From Candidatus Poribacteria bacterium (GTDB lineage Bacteria; Poribacteria; WGA-4E; WGA-3G), in the NCBI GenBank assembly GCA_965205025.1, contig CBDBFU010000004.1, positions 64,001 to 128,000 on the forward strand: a stretch of 64,000 nt of DNA. Direction: 5' to 3'. This document shows, in pieces, positions 62,641 through 64,000 of this stretch; position 1 is the stretch's first letter, and each line of letters begins with the position of its first letter. Made by a program: the position numbers and the translations under genes. Under the pieces are notes generated by a model, which was given only the letters and a program-made list of their open reading frames with translations, did no database searches and had not been told where the DNA came from.

Positions 62641-62720
62641 ATGTCTAAATTCTCTAACTTTCCAAATATATCTTTTTTAGGAATCTATCTCCTAATCTAT
62701 CAAAGTACAAGTAAAATGGA

Positions 62721-64000
62721 TTATTCAGGTAATGTATCAAATGCTCCTGATGAAACAATGTGATTAATTATTTCATTATTAATTGCATCCTCTCCAAAAC
62801 GATCTTTGAAGTCAGAAATTGAAATAAATATACCGTTACGATTTCTTTCTGTAATAATCGAATCAACTATTTCTTCATTAAGTTCGTCAATAGTGAGTAG
62901 ACCAACTCGGATACTCTTTCCGTCTATTGTGAAGTCTTTTGAACTATAGTTGATATCTAATGGAAGTAGGTTGATTTCTACATCCAAGAAATCTTTGAGT
63001 CTTGAACATTCTGCTTTGTAAAGCTGAATTTTCTCTGAATCTGTGATCTCGCTATTCATTATTGCTGTCATAAATTCATGCGGATAATGAACTTTGAGAT
63101 ATGCCATCCTATAGGCTAACAATGAATAAGAAATAGCATGTGATCTGTTAAAAGCATACTCCCCAACAGTTTTCAGATAGTCAAATATTTCTTGAGCATC
63201 ATCTCTTATCATACCATTATTCATTGAACCGCTTATGAAATCGGAATGTAATTCATTTGTTGTAAATTCATCCCTTTTACCTATTGCATTCCGCAGTATT
63301 TCTGCCTTACCAAGAGAAAATCCCGCTACATCACATACAATCTGCATAACCTGTTCTTGATATAAACAGATACCGTATGTATTCTTCAAGACTGGTTCAA
63401 GGGATGTATGTATGTATTCTATCGGTTGATTGCCATGTTTACGTTCTATGAACAATTGAAGATCCCCGTTATGAATAGGTGCAGGACGATACAGGGTAAG
63501 GATAGCAGAGAATTCTTCGAAGTTCTCAGGTCTTAACTCTGCTACGACCTGTTTAAAATCTTGTGATGTATCAAATTGAAATATACCGGCAAGTAATCCT
63601 TCACTAAATAGTGTATAAGTTGTTATATCATCAAGTGGGATATCTTCAAGATTAATCTTGACTTTATGATTCTCTGAAATCATTTCCAAACAGTCTGCAG
63701 TTTCTGATAGACTCCGTACACCGAGTGAGTCAAATCTTACTAACCCTATATTTTTAATGTCTTTACTTCCAAACTGAGCTGCTATTTGCCCCTTTCGATC
63801 CTTAAAGAGAGGCACGTATCCAGTGAGTGGACCGTTTGCAATCGCGATTGCAGATGCATGGGTGAAGACATGATGTTTCATTCCTTCTATTGCTCTACTA
63901 ATTTCGATTAATTCTTTATTCTCAGGTAGTTCTACAAGTCTTTGAAATTCTGTATCTCGTTTTATTATTTCATCAAGAGAAATACTTATACCTGGAACAA
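62721..64000 (-). CDS. dnaE: DNA polymerase III alpha (DnaE)-like protein, 5' partial, ending right after the HhH motif
   Basis: GLVRFDSLG, GIFQF, LYRPAP, TYGICLYQEQVMQ, YAFNRSHA, ends GAFDTLPE*. Frame is open to the window edge. Confidence 0.85.
   Translation of the reverse strand, partial: VPGISISLDEIIKRDTEFQRLVELPENKELIEISRAIEGMKHHVFTHASAIAIANGPLTGYVPLFKDRKGQIAAQFGSKDIKNIGLVRFDSLGVRSLSETADCLEMISENHKVKINLEDIPLDDITTYTLFSEGLLAGIFQFDTSQDFKQVVAELRPENFEEFSAILTLYRPAPIHNGDLQLFIERKHGNQPIEYIHTSLEPVLKNTYGICLYQEQVMQIVCDVAGFSLGKAEILRNAIGKRDEFTTNELHSDFISGSMNNGMIRDDAQEIFDYLKTVGEYAFNRSHAISYSLLAYRMAYLKVHYPHEFMTAIMNSEITDSEKIQLYKAECSRLKDFLDVEINLLPLDINYSSKDFTIDGKSIRVGLLTIDELNEEIVDSIITERNRNGIFISISDFKDRFGEDAINNEIINHIVSSGAFDTLPE

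Noticed and set aside
1-64000. Genome-wide UGA reassignment (code 4 or 25)
   Set aside because: res, tlyA, yihY and lon end normally at TGA, and Trp is encoded by TGG. In-frame TGAs occur only at Cys-type positions.

Overview
AT-rich bacterial chromosome segment, most likely Candidatus Poribacteria. This is an inference from a LamG protein with a C-terminal KLAxxWGxLK tail, PhyH and enolase-superfamily catabolic genes, a DUF1549/DUF1553 protein and dense intergenic REP/MITE repeats. 1-12.6 kb is a defence island: a frameshifted STAND-type NTPase, a decayed ORF with a HEPN-like RNQLIH motif, a promoter-driven structured RNA candidate, and type III R-M mod/res genes separated by an IS4-family element with a 20-bp target duplication. 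The rest holds transport and catabolic genes, a housekeeping run (tamB/tamA, tlyA, yihY, dxs, xseAB, ymdB, pyrE, selD), lon and a C-terminally short dnaE paralogue. The top finding is missed by the ORF track. The putative outer-membrane beta-barrel gene at 17359-18429 (-) extends through two in-frame TGA codons that form a U-G-A-U (UxxU) motif just after a signal peptide, followed by a SECIS-like hairpin. selD in the same window also has an in-frame TGA at its catalytic position. Together these point to a candidate new di-selenocysteine outer-membrane selenoprotein. Also notable are MITEs with apparent 1-bp target duplications (one with an empty-site copy in the window) and a repeated core-plus-arm DNA motif in a 3-kb gene-poor region. 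No tRNA, rRNA or CRISPR array was seen.
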